In this document: one piece after another, positions 39,401-46,914 of the stretch
Layout of the letters: every line of letters starts with the position of its first letter
Position numbering within the stretch: position 1 is the first letter of the stretch
Origin: Isosphaeraceae bacterium
GTDB lineage: Bacteria; Planctomycetota; Planctomycetia; Isosphaerales; Isosphaeraceae
DNA: 49,974 bases
Assembly: GCA_965201075.1 (NCBI GenBank)
Contig: CBDAVP010000005.1
Coordinates: 186,001 to 235,974, forward strand
Direction of reading: 5' to 3'
Position numbers and translations under genes: made by a program
Notes under the pieces: model-generated
Seen by the model: only the letters and a program-made list of their open reading frames with translations
Told to the model about the DNA's origin: nothing
Database searches by the model: none

Positions 39401-39867
39401 AAGGCGTCAAACCGGGCTTTCAAGCCGCGGTTGGCGAACGCGGTGCCGGCCGGACTGGTGGCTGCGGCTGTCGGCGGCTCCTCGGGCAGCATCCGCGCGC
39501 CGACGACCCCACCCGTTCCCGCCATCGCCGGGGCCGCGCCGACGGGCTCGGCCGTCGTCGGCACGGCGGGGGGGTCGTCCGACTGTGTCAGGTAGATGAT
39601 GCAAGGGCCAATCCGAACCTCGTCCCCCTGCCTCACCGAGGCCGACGCCGCCTTCCGGCCGTTGACCTCGACGTACTTCGACTCCGGAGCCGCGTCAACC
39701 TTGTACCGCGTCTCCTTCCAGCGGAACCGGCCGTGAACCGGCAGAACCCCCTCGCCGTGCAAGACGATGTCGCACGACGCATCGTTGCCAAAGATGACGG
39801 GGCGGTCGGGCGTGATCGGAACATAGCTGACCCGGCCCCGGCCATCGTGGACTTCGAGCATCCCCAT
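36433..39867 (-). CDS. FHA-domain, single-TM, TPR and PQQ-like (BamB-like) beta-propeller protein
   Basis: N-terminal FHA-like fold (FGND..CDIVL, VNG, GDEVRIG), TM VVLLSGLLVVTLSLSFVLY, and TPR YENADYRNAITDFDAFLKGNP. Multiple D.xxG..LW propeller repeats follow. Confidence 0.85.
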   Translation of the reverse strand: MGMLEVHDGRGRVSYVPITPDRPVIFGNDASCDIVLHGEGVLPVHGRFRWKETRYKVDAAPESKYVEVNGRKAASASVRQGDEVRIGPCIIYLTQSDDPPAVPTTAEPVGAAPAMAGTGGVVGARMLPEEPPTAAATSPAGTAFANRGLKARFDAFFKELLAGDQRPGQERLVSPLVVLLSGLLVVTLSLSFVLYRVIHRAQVEGQYTAGMESYENADYRNAITDFDAFLKGNPEDPRVNKVKVFQASAKVRQFGTGAQPNWSNTVSEAETMVSTVGRLPEYRDEAAYLAELVLKAAEGLADRAKTSTDPKVLAEAEAAGKLHTRIAGKPAKDLQGRSHYPEKLSVARAAVEKAQTRTADLAAMDKAQAAKDPAGIYAARDRLILKYPDLGKDKLVVQKLTAANDLLKILAKYDGQGHPAEVGGRAEPLGPPTSLALRLTPDAAVAGGKPSSVVYALAQGMAVGLDAGGGKPLWQVPVGLSSPFPPLAVRGEEPSALAFDANHLELLRLDGRSGRVLWRLALGERITSAPLVAGLELAIPTHSGRLILVNLADGAMKGSIALGRPLGVTPATDENGLYYYVVGESAVLYVVSRETHECVEVAYLGHNADSVPCGPARVGRFLVVPENHAKDECRWNVLVLEEGGKKPRPLQQITLPGWIWDTPAASQAVMWATGDRSGVAAYALGPPDQAAPVKLIARQASEAASTGPAFGYVKSDRELWLSSGLSARYNLDIERGEMRAAWTLREAGPALAPIQPGDKLAVLTHQYSEGPGVALWGVDPNSGKVAWRTVLGVPWPSEPIPSGDGRSLAALAGTGAAISLPKERLTQGGFVEEPLPKPGVFTLPSGPLRRLELGGLDILVPGGEASYLLVREGASGEFRRVDLPAPLAAAPFPLGQDLLLPATGGRVFLVDPRTGAPKAEPFLAVFDQARPTRWKTPAALPDGTVLLADDSGKLRRVSRQESGAEGTGPRLVAADEVGIGGPVTSDPAVAGEVALIAGADQKLHFRSARDLSPVSQTPLVAPLVMGPLVAGGKLFVGDAAGQVLAFDPDGQKLWESDLGTSPPAGPPILHGDSALVLDRDGKLHRLAVADGKPLAAPQDLDVRPSGPPLVIGDDVLIPVGPGALRRLDLTAPALSVPATASAAP

Positions 39868-39991
39868 GCGACGTGGCCACCTCGGTTTGTGGTGTGTTGC
39901 ACCGCGATGCGAAGGACCAGCCCCGGCCCCGCCGCCCTGTCGGCAACCCTAGATTAGCCGACCCGTCCCCGCCATTCCACCTACGCCCCGG

Positions 39992-40954
39992 TTAGCGCAG
40001 GGCTTCCTGCGAGAGCACCTTGAAGCCAAACTTCCCCCCACCGGCCGGCACCACCGCGAACTTCGTCGACCGAATCTCAATCGGTTGGCGCCCTTTGTAC
40101 CGCACCTCCAGCTGCGCCAACTTGTCCTCCACGTCCTTGGGGTAAAACTGAAAAACCGGGGCCTCGCCGACGTTGATCCCCGCCTTGCGCAACAACTCCA
40201 CGTCGTTGCCCTTGCGCGATCCCCCCTGCCACATGAAGAACAGCCGAGACTCGCTGGAAGACGGAACCACCCGCTTGTTCGACGAGGTTGAGAAGTTCGA
40301 GGCGATTTGCAGGATGTTTCCGGCGGTCGTCCCCAGTTCGACCCTCAGGAAGTCCAGTTGCCGGGCATACTCGTCGATCGTCTGGCCAGCCGGATAGATC
40401 ACCGACCACCGATCCTCCCGGCGGACGCCTCCGTCTCCGGTACCGGTTCCCGAGCCGAATCCCGAGCCCTTGCCCAGTTTCGAGGCTCGTTTGCCCGTGG
40501 CGACCTTGCTGCCCATCGTCGGCACGTCGAAGTCCATCTCCTCCATCGCGTCGGCGCTATCGGCGGCCACCTCGTCAATGGTCATGTCGGGGGTCTCCAT
40601 CACCACCGGCTCCTCGAACTCCGGGGCATCGGGCTCGGCATTGGACGCCTGGTCGGCGGTATCGGCCCCCATGTCCACGGCCTCGCTGCCACCCATCGAG
40701 CCGTCACCCCCCGCCTCGCCGCCGACCACCTCGACGATCTCCAGGGGCGCCGCCTCGCGAGAGGCGTACGCCTGCTGAGTAATCCAGATCAAGGACAGCC
40801 AGCCGAAGACCAGCGCCGCCCCTCCCACTGAGGCATACAATGCCGAGGTCACTCTGTCATAGAGCGACTCCCCGCGCACCCGGGGCTCGGCCCACGACGG
40901 AGTGACCTCCGGAGCGGGCGGGGCCTGGGCGGCGGTGGTGGCGGCAACGCTCAT
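39992..40954 (-). CDS. Hypothetical single-pass protein with TonB-like layout
   Basis: One N-terminal TM, an acidic/Pro linker, Gly-rich GKGSGFGSGTGTGDGG, and a folded C-terminal domain. Confidence 0.75.
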   Translation of the reverse strand: MSVAATTAAQAPPAPEVTPSWAEPRVRGESLYDRVTSALYASVGGAALVFGWLSLIWITQQAYASREAAPLEIVEVVGGEAGGDGSMGGSEAVDMGADTADQASNAEPDAPEFEEPVVMETPDMTIDEVAADSADAMEEMDFDVPTMGSKVATGKRASKLGKGSGFGSGTGTGDGGVRREDRWSVIYPAGQTIDEYARQLDFLRVELGTTAGNILQIASNFSTSSNKRVVPSSSESRLFFMWQGGSRKGNDVELLRKAGINVGEAPVFQFYPKDVEDKLAQLEVRYKGRQPIEIRSTKFAVVPAGGGKFGFKVLSQEALR

Positions 40955-40984
40955 CGAAATCGTCCTCCCTCGGCCAAACCTGGT

Positions 40985-42637
40985 TCAGCGAGTCGCCGAA
41001 GCCGACGACGAGGCCGGCGCTGGGGCGGCTGGAGCCGCGGCGGCCGGCCCGTTTTCCACGGCGGCGGCCTGGTCGGCCGGGCGAATCGCGTTGTACCACT
41101 CTCGCCACTTCGCCATCGCCACTTTTATCTGATCCGGGGTCGCCCCCACCGCAGGACCGGGCGAATCCACCCGACGAAACAACAACTGGAGTCCATTCCG
41201 GGCCTCGACCATCACCTCGGGGTCCGAGTCCCCCAACACCTGGATCAACGACGGCACCACATCCAGGTCCCCCGTCCTCGCCAGGGCCCATGCGGCCACC
41301 CTGCGGAGCCCCTGGTCCTTGTCTCCCAACATCTTGCGGAACCGATCCTTCAGCGGCTTGAGTACCCGAGCCCCGCCCTTCTCGTACTCGTTGAGCAGCC
41401 CAGCCAGCGCCGCGTCGGCATCTTCGGCCTTGGGGTCTTCCAGCACCTTGAGCATCCCATCCACGGCACCGTTCATCGGCCGGACCACGATCCGTCCCCC
41501 GGCCACCGTCAAATCCGCCAGGTTCTTGGGCAGTCCTCGACCACCCAGCAAGGTTCCGGCCGCCAGCTTGGCCTGTATTTTCTTGACCGTCAGCGCATTG
41601 GCCCGGATCAGGAACAAAATTGCCCACGAGGTATTCGGAACCTGGCCATATTTCGAGTTCCAGCTACCGTCCGCCCCCTGATTCGACTCGACGAACTTCC
41701 TCCCCTCCTCGAACCAATCATGACTCCCCAGCTTCTTCAAACCCGATAACGCCCCGACCCGCTCGATCCCATAAAGGCCATAATACGGGGTTTCGCCCAT
41801 CGTGTGGTTGGCCGTCGCGCTGAAGTGGCTGGCCATCCACGAGTTAGCCTTGGTCACGGCCGAGTCGATCGCCCCGGGAGTGACCGTCGCCAGGTACTTG
41901 CGTGTCTCGGTCTCGATTGGCGTCAACAACGGGTTGACGATCACCGCCGTTGTCCGGAAGTACGGCACGAGTTCGCTCCGGCAGATCAGTAATCCGCCGG
42001 CCGCCGCGCTTGTCATCGAAAGCGTCGGCCCCCCCTGGTGCATCGGAGTTTCGGGCCGATACACGTGCGACCCATCCCCCTGCTGCGATGAGATGAGCCA
42101 ACGCGCACACTTATCCCAGACCGCCGGAGAGATTACCGCCTCCCCCTGCTCAACGGCCTCCCAGAGCCCCAGCAGCGAATACTGAGTGACCGAGGTATCC
42201 CCCAATTCCGACCGACTCGGGTAGTCGAAGCAACCGTTGGAGCTTTGCCGGTTGGCGATATAGGTCGCCACGAACTGGAGTTGCGACTTGTAAGCCTTGG
42301 GGTCGATGTTTGCCAGCGCCATCGCCGTGCAACTGGCCTCGTACAGGTCCTGGTCGGAGGCTCCCCCCGGAGAATACCCATCGCTGGTGAACCGCGCCAG
42401 AAGCGCCTTGAGGCAGACCGCCAATCTTGCGTCGCTGGCCGGCCTGCCGCACTTGGTCATCGCCAGCGCGGCCAGGGCCTGTTCGCCAACGGAGCCCCCC
42501 GACTGCCCCTCCAGGTAAGCCAGCCCCTTGCGAACCGCGGGAGTCTCGGCCCCCGGCGGTACTCCCGATCCACGGGCGTCCAAGCCCAGGGCGACCAACC
42601 CCAGCGCCGCCCATCCGACGAATCGCATCATCATCAA
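40985..42637 (-). CDS. Secreted prenyltransferase/squalene-cyclase repeat (alpha/alpha barrel) plus HEAT-repeat protein
   Basis: Signal peptide; QW-like repeats (RQSSNGCF, SQQGDGS, NQGADGSW) and DTSVTQYSLLGL. C-terminal HEAT repeats (LRRVAAWALA, LGDSDPEVMVEAR). Confidence 0.85.
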   Translation of the reverse strand: MMMMRFVGWAALGLVALGLDARGSGVPPGAETPAVRKGLAYLEGQSGGSVGEQALAALAMTKCGRPASDARLAVCLKALLARFTSDGYSPGGASDQDLYEASCTAMALANIDPKAYKSQLQFVATYIANRQSSNGCFDYPSRSELGDTSVTQYSLLGLWEAVEQGEAVISPAVWDKCARWLISSQQGDGSHVYRPETPMHQGGPTLSMTSAAAGGLLICRSELVPYFRTTAVIVNPLLTPIETETRKYLATVTPGAIDSAVTKANSWMASHFSATANHTMGETPYYGLYGIERVGALSGLKKLGSHDWFEEGRKFVESNQGADGSWNSKYGQVPNTSWAILFLIRANALTVKKIQAKLAAGTLLGGRGLPKNLADLTVAGGRIVVRPMNGAVDGMLKVLEDPKAEDADAALAGLLNEYEKGGARVLKPLKDRFRKMLGDKDQGLRRVAAWALARTGDLDVVPSLIQVLGDSDPEVMVEARNGLQLLFRRVDSPGPAVGATPDQIKVAMAKWREWYNAIRPADQAAAVENGPAAAAPAAPAPASSSASATR

Positions 42638-42719
42638 ACGCCTCCGCCGGTCTCATCCAGGACGACCTAAGTACCTATTCTAAGCCCTCCACCGAGGGCC
42701 CGTCCAAGGGGTGCCTGCT

Positions 42720-43013
42720 TCACTCGCCCGAAGACCCGCGAACCTGACGATGGACCGACCCGCCCAGCCGCCGGCAAACGTCCTCCACCCGGGGGATGAG
42801 ACGGCCGTCGGGGCAGCCGATCGCCAGCAACATCCCCTGCCCTCCCTCGATCCGCTCCGAGGGCGTCACTCCGATCCGTTCCCCTGGAACTCCCAGGCCA
42901 ATGAGCCATTGAATGGCGGAATTCCCCATCGCCGCATCGGGGAAAAACGCGAACAGGCTGGCGTGGTTCGACCCCACCTCGAACGCTCCAGGGCGGAGTT
43001 GCGGAAGTTCCAT
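42720..43013 (-). CDS. Small hypothetical protein (possible ferredoxin-like fold)
   Basis: 97 aa from ATG 43013 with an alternating beta-alpha-beta pattern; fills the gap between same-strand genes. Confidence 0.6.
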   Translation of the reverse strand: MELPQLRPGAFEVGSNHASLFAFFPDAAMGNSAIQWLIGLGVPGERIGVTPSERIEGGQGMLLAIGCPDGRLIPRVEDVCRRLGGSVHRQVRGSSGE

Positions 43014-43054
43014 CGGCTCGCTCGATTCTGATAAAAGTTCACGCTCGATACCCT

Positions 43055-43507
43055 TCAGGGAGCCGCGGTGGAAGTATGGTCGTGGACAATCCGCCACCCC
43101 TCGGGGAACTTGCGCAGGACCAGGGTGAATTGCCCGGTTGGGGCTTTGCCGTCGGGCATCATCAGGCGAAAGCGGCCTCGGGCGAAAGCAGCCTCCCGGC
43201 CCAAGGGTTCGATCTCCAGTCCCTCGAAGGCCAACCGGCCCATCGCCTTGCCTCCGTCTCGATACCGTTTGCGATACCGCTCGCGAACTCCATCAAGCCC
43301 CTCGGCCTTGGTGTCATTGGACTGAAAGACCAGTTTAGGCGAGTTCCAGTAAGCCCCCAGGAAGGCGTCCAGATCCTCCTTGTTCCAGTCCTCCACCTGA
43401 CGGTCCAAAAGCTGTTGAATCTCGACCACCTCGGCCTGATCATCCCCCGGGGGTGCCAGGGCGACCAGGGACCAGGCCAGGACCAACAGCGGCGCGGCAA
43501 GCGGCAT
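43055..43507 (-). CDS. Secreted NTF2-like (DUF4440/YybH) protein
   Basis: Signal peptide; WN..DLDAFL..YW, MG.L.F and G.FTLVLRK...GWRIVHDHTS. Confidence 0.88.
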   Translation of the reverse strand: MPLAAPLLVLAWSLVALAPPGDDQAEVVEIQQLLDRQVEDWNKEDLDAFLGAYWNSPKLVFQSNDTKAEGLDGVRERYRKRYRDGGKAMGRLAFEGLEIEPLGREAAFARGRFRLMMPDGKAPTGQFTLVLRKFPEGWRIVHDHTSTAAP

Positions 43508-43598
43508 CGTCGGCGAACTCCTTCCTCGGTGGCGATCGGCGCTCGGTCTTTGCTACGATCGCTCGGGATCCGCCCCACACGCAAGGAGTGCCTGCCCG

Positions 43599-44438
43599 AT
43601 GATCGTCCTCGCCTGGCTGGCCCTGGCCCTAACACCAGCCCCAAAATCGGCAGGCCACGCACCCGCCGGACTGGGGAACTTCGCAAAGCAGGGCCGCCTG
43701 GAGGCTCCGGACCTCAAGGAGGCCTCGGGGATCGTCGCCAGCCGCCGGCACCCCGGCATTTTCTGGGTTCACAACGATTCGGGCAACCCCCCCGCTCTCT
43801 TCGCCGTCCACCGGGACGGTTCCCTTGTTCGAGAATTCGCCGTCGCCGCTCCCAATATCGACTGGGAAGATATCGCTCTCGACGACCAGGGGCGCCTCTA
43901 CCTTGGCGATATCGGCAACAATAAAACCGTTCTTCCCGTCCGGGTGATCCACCGCCTCGACGAGCCCAACCCCGCCTCCCCCGACACCGCTCCCCTCCGC
44001 GTCAAAGCCAGTTTCCACTATGATTTCCTCCCCGGCCGCACCCCCTTCGACGCGGAATCCCTAGTCATCGACAACGACCGCGCCCTCCTGATCGCCAAGA
44101 ACCGGGACGGCCGACCCGCCGAACTCTTCGCTCTGCCGCTGAACGTCCCAGCCCCCCTGTTCCGCCCGATTCACCCCAAATTGCTCGGGACTCTCCCCGG
44201 CTTCAACGAACCCGCCACCGGCGCCGACCTCTCCGCCGACGGCTCCCGACTGGCCGTCTGCGGGACCCGCGACGCCCGCGTCTACCAACGAGCCGGCGAC
44301 GCCTGGAAACTCCTGGGAGAGACCCACTTTCCGGCCAAGCAGGTGGAGGGAATCGCCTGGGACGGTCCAAATCTGATTTTGGTCGACGAGTCGCGAGACG
44401 TCTTCGGGATCAACCCCACAACCCCACACGCCCCATGA
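43599..44438 (+). CDS. Secreted hypothetical beta-propeller protein (SdiA-regulated/phytase-like)
   Basis: Signal peptide; EASGI, W.HNDSG, DWEDIA, GDIGNN, DAE and Q.EGIAW motifs. Confidence 0.8.
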   Translation: MIVLAWLALALTPAPKSAGHAPAGLGNFAKQGRLEAPDLKEASGIVASRRHPGIFWVHNDSGNPPALFAVHRDGSLVREFAVAAPNIDWEDIALDDQGRLYLGDIGNNKTVLPVRVIHRLDEPNPASPDTAPLRVKASFHYDFLPGRTPFDAESLVIDNDRALLIAKNRDGRPAELFALPLNVPAPLFRPIHPKLLGTLPGFNEPATGADLSADGSRLAVCGTRDARVYQRAGDAWKLLGETHFPAKQVEGIAWDGPNLILVDESRDVFGINPTTPHAP

Positions 44439-45583
44439 CGTCGACCGACGTGGTGATCGCCGGGGGCGGAGTCATCGGCCTGTCGATCGCCTACGCCCTG
44501 GCCCGAGAAGGGTTGACCCCCACGGTCCTGGACCGCGGCCCCCTGGGACGAGCCGCCTCATGGGCCGGCGCCGGAATCCTCGCTCCGACATCGACCCGAC
44601 CCCCCACCGATCCCTGGGGCGCTCTGCGTGCCCGATCCTCGGAACTTTATCCGCTTTGGTCGGCGGCTCTGCTCTCCGAGACGGGCATCGACAATGGCTA
44701 CCGAGTCTGCGGCGGCATCGACATCGCCCGAACCCCTGCCGAGGACAACACCCTTCGAGCCGCCGCCGGCCGCTGGAGACGCGAGGGAATCACCTTCGAG
44801 CGTCTGGCCCCCCCCGACATCCGCCGAGTCGAGCCGGCCCTCGCCCCCGACCTCAACCTCGCCGACGCCTACTTCCTGCCCGACCGCGCGCAAGTCCGCA
44901 ACCCCCGTCACGTCCGGGCGCTGATCCAGGCGATCGAGGGTCATCGTGGAAACCTCCGGCCCGGGGTCGCGGCCACCGGCTTCCGAGTCGTCAACGGCCG
45001 CGTCCAGGCCGTCGAGACCTCCGAAGGTTGCATCGCCTGCGACGCCGCGGTGGTCGCCGCCGGCCCCTGGTCCGAAACCTTGCTCGCCACCGCCGGTGTC
45101 CCTTTGCCCACCCCACCCATCAAGGGCCAGCTCGTCCTCCTGGAATCCCCCCGCCCTCTGCTCAAACGGATCGTCGAGTACGGCAAAAGTTACCTCGTCC
45201 CCCGAGACGACGGCCGAATTCTCCTTGGCGCGACCGAGGAAGCCGCCGGCTTCGACGACCAACCCCGCGACTCCGACGCCCAGGCCTTACTGACCGAGGC
45301 CCTCACCCTCTGCCCCATCCTGGCCGAGGCCGAGGTCGTCCGCACCTGGGCCGGCCTGAGACCCGGAAGCGCCGATGGCCGTCCCTACCTTGGCCCCGCC
45401 CCCAATCTCCCCAACCTCTTCATCGCCACCGGCCACCGACGCGCCGGCCTCCAACTCTCCCCCTCCACGGCCGAACTCCTCGCCGACCTCATCCTCGGCA
45501 GGCCGCCCCGGTTCGACTGGCAGCCCTTCCGCCCCGACCGCCCCCCCCTACCCTCCGCCGACGACCCCGCGTTTCGTTCTTGA
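44435..45583 (+). CDS. thiO: Glycine oxidase ThiO-like FAD-dependent oxidoreductase
   Basis: GGGVIG FAD motif, ASWAGAGIL, KGQ, YLVPR.DG, WAGLRP and GH.R.GL.LSP. ATGA overlap with the upstream gene. Confidence 0.85.
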   Translation: MTSTDVVIAGGGVIGLSIAYALAREGLTPTVLDRGPLGRAASWAGAGILAPTSTRPPTDPWGALRARSSELYPLWSAALLSETGIDNGYRVCGGIDIARTPAEDNTLRAAAGRWRREGITFERLAPPDIRRVEPALAPDLNLADAYFLPDRAQVRNPRHVRALIQAIEGHRGNLRPGVAATGFRVVNGRVQAVETSEGCIACDAAVVAAGPWSETLLATAGVPLPTPPIKGQLVLLESPRPLLKRIVEYGKSYLVPRDDGRILLGATEEAAGFDDQPRDSDAQALLTEALTLCPILAEAEVVRTWAGLRPGSADGRPYLGPAPNLPNLFIATGHRRAGLQLSPSTAELLADLILGRPPRFDWQPFRPDRPPLPSADDPAFRS

Positions 45584-45598
45584 ACTTGTCTCACCGTC

Positions 45599-46480
45599 TC
45601 AACGACACAACTTTTGCGGTGCATGATGCTTGCGATACTCGCGAGGCGTCATCCCCATCAGCCTGTGAAACTGCCGCGAAAAGTAGTTGCCGTCGCTGAA
45701 CCCGACCCGGAAGGCCACGTCGGTGATGCTGGCGTCGCCATGCCTCAGCAAGTCGGCGGCCTTGTTGATGCGAAGTTGGACCAGGTAAGCGATTGGCGAA
45801 CTACCCATCGCCGCTTGAAACGCCCGTGCGAAACTCCGCTCCGACATGTGGGCGATCGTCGCCAGATCTTCCAGCCGGATCGTCTCGGCAAACCGTGCCT
45901 CCAGGTGAGAGATCGCCTCGGCAATTCGCAAGATCGCATGGGTGTCCGTCCCTTTAGTGCCGACATAGCTTCGGGCAAGGGTTCCAATCAGCCTCATGAA
46001 CTGGGCCAGGGCCAGGAATTCGAAGCCAGCGGCCCGCCCCGCCAATTCCGTCTCCAAATCCTCGATGCACCCCACCAACGTCCCCAACTCTCGTGCGTCC
46101 AACCGCAACCGACTCCGGAATTGATGGCGCTTACGCCACGCCGGCTCAAGGGTAAACAGGGCATGATAACCGGCAACCGACGGCAGGTCCTGCAAGTCCA
46201 TCCTCAGCCGGGCCGGATCGTAGAGAATATTGATCAAGGAAAGTCGACGCATCTCCTGGTAATCGTGAGGCCGCTCCCCTCCAATCACGAATACGTCCCC
46301 GGCCGCCAAGGTCCAAGAATCCTGGCCAATCACATGCCGCGCCGTCCCTCCCGTCACGACCACGATTTCCGTGAAGTCATGGCAATGCAGCCCAAACGGT
46401 TCCTGAGGATCACGCCGCAGCACGGCGATGGGATACCCGTCAGCGTGGAACCACTCCTCCTGACGCAGAGTTCTCACCAT
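45599..46480 (-). CDS. AraC-family transcriptional regulator, RhaS/RhaR-like (cupin plus double HTH)
   Basis: HCHDFTEIV cupin, LF.LEP..R segment, and a C-terminal ITDVAFRVGFSDGNYFSRQF..G.TPREYR AraC signature. Confidence 0.92.
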   Translation of the reverse strand: MVRTLRQEEWFHADGYPIAVLRRDPQEPFGLHCHDFTEIVVVTGGTARHVIGQDSWTLAAGDVFVIGGERPHDYQEMRRLSLINILYDPARLRMDLQDLPSVAGYHALFTLEPAWRKRHQFRSRLRLDARELGTLVGCIEDLETELAGRAAGFEFLALAQFMRLIGTLARSYVGTKGTDTHAILRIAEAISHLEARFAETIRLEDLATIAHMSERSFARAFQAAMGSSPIAYLVQLRINKAADLLRHGDASITDVAFRVGFSDGNYFSRQFHRLMGMTPREYRKHHAPQKLCR

Positions 46481-46496
46481 GATCAGGCCCCACGAG

Positions 46497-46515
46497 AAAT
46501 TTGGCGAGATCGTCC
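46497..46515 (+). promoter_or_regulatory. Candidate AraC operator half-site just upstream of the araC start
   Basis: TTGGCGAGATCGTCC (46501-46515) matches TTGGCGAAATGATCC (46729-46743) at 12 of 15 positions. Confidence 0.5.
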
Positions 46516-46725
46516 GATCAAGCATATTCGAGTCTCGGATTTTTCTCCGACATCGCCCTTCACAACTCGATGTGCCGTGTCATGTTCGGAACTCGCGACT
46601 CGACTCTCTGGAATTCGTCGAGGGTGGAGGAAGTCGAAGTCTCCACCCTCGGCGGCCTGATGCGAAGGATTGTTGCAAACGTGGGGTGCATTTTGGGACT
46701 TTCTCCCGTCGACCCTTAAAACGGC

Positions 46726-46764
46726 AAATTGGCGAAATGATCCTAAAATTTGGCAGTATAATTA
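46726..46764 (+). promoter_or_regulatory. Tandem candidate AraC half-sites and TATAAT box upstream of the DUF1559 gene
   Basis: TTGGC at 46729 and 46750 (21-bp period), each preceded by an A/T run. TATAAT at 46757-46762. Confidence 0.55.
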
Positions 46765-46914
46765 TGGTTCGCCCCCCTTGGAAAGACGAAGCTTCACGAA
46801 CACTTCTGCGAAAGCCGCGTGAAGACGCCCCCGCTCCGGTGGGAGGCGTATGCGTCGCTTCCCATTGTTAGTTCCCAGGCCATATTGCACTTTCTTTCCC
46901 AGGAGATCCGTCCT

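Noticed and set aside
43507..44435. TPP riboswitch upstream of thiO
   Set aside because: No TPP aptamer core in a suitable stem context, and thiO is translationally coupled to the upstream gene.
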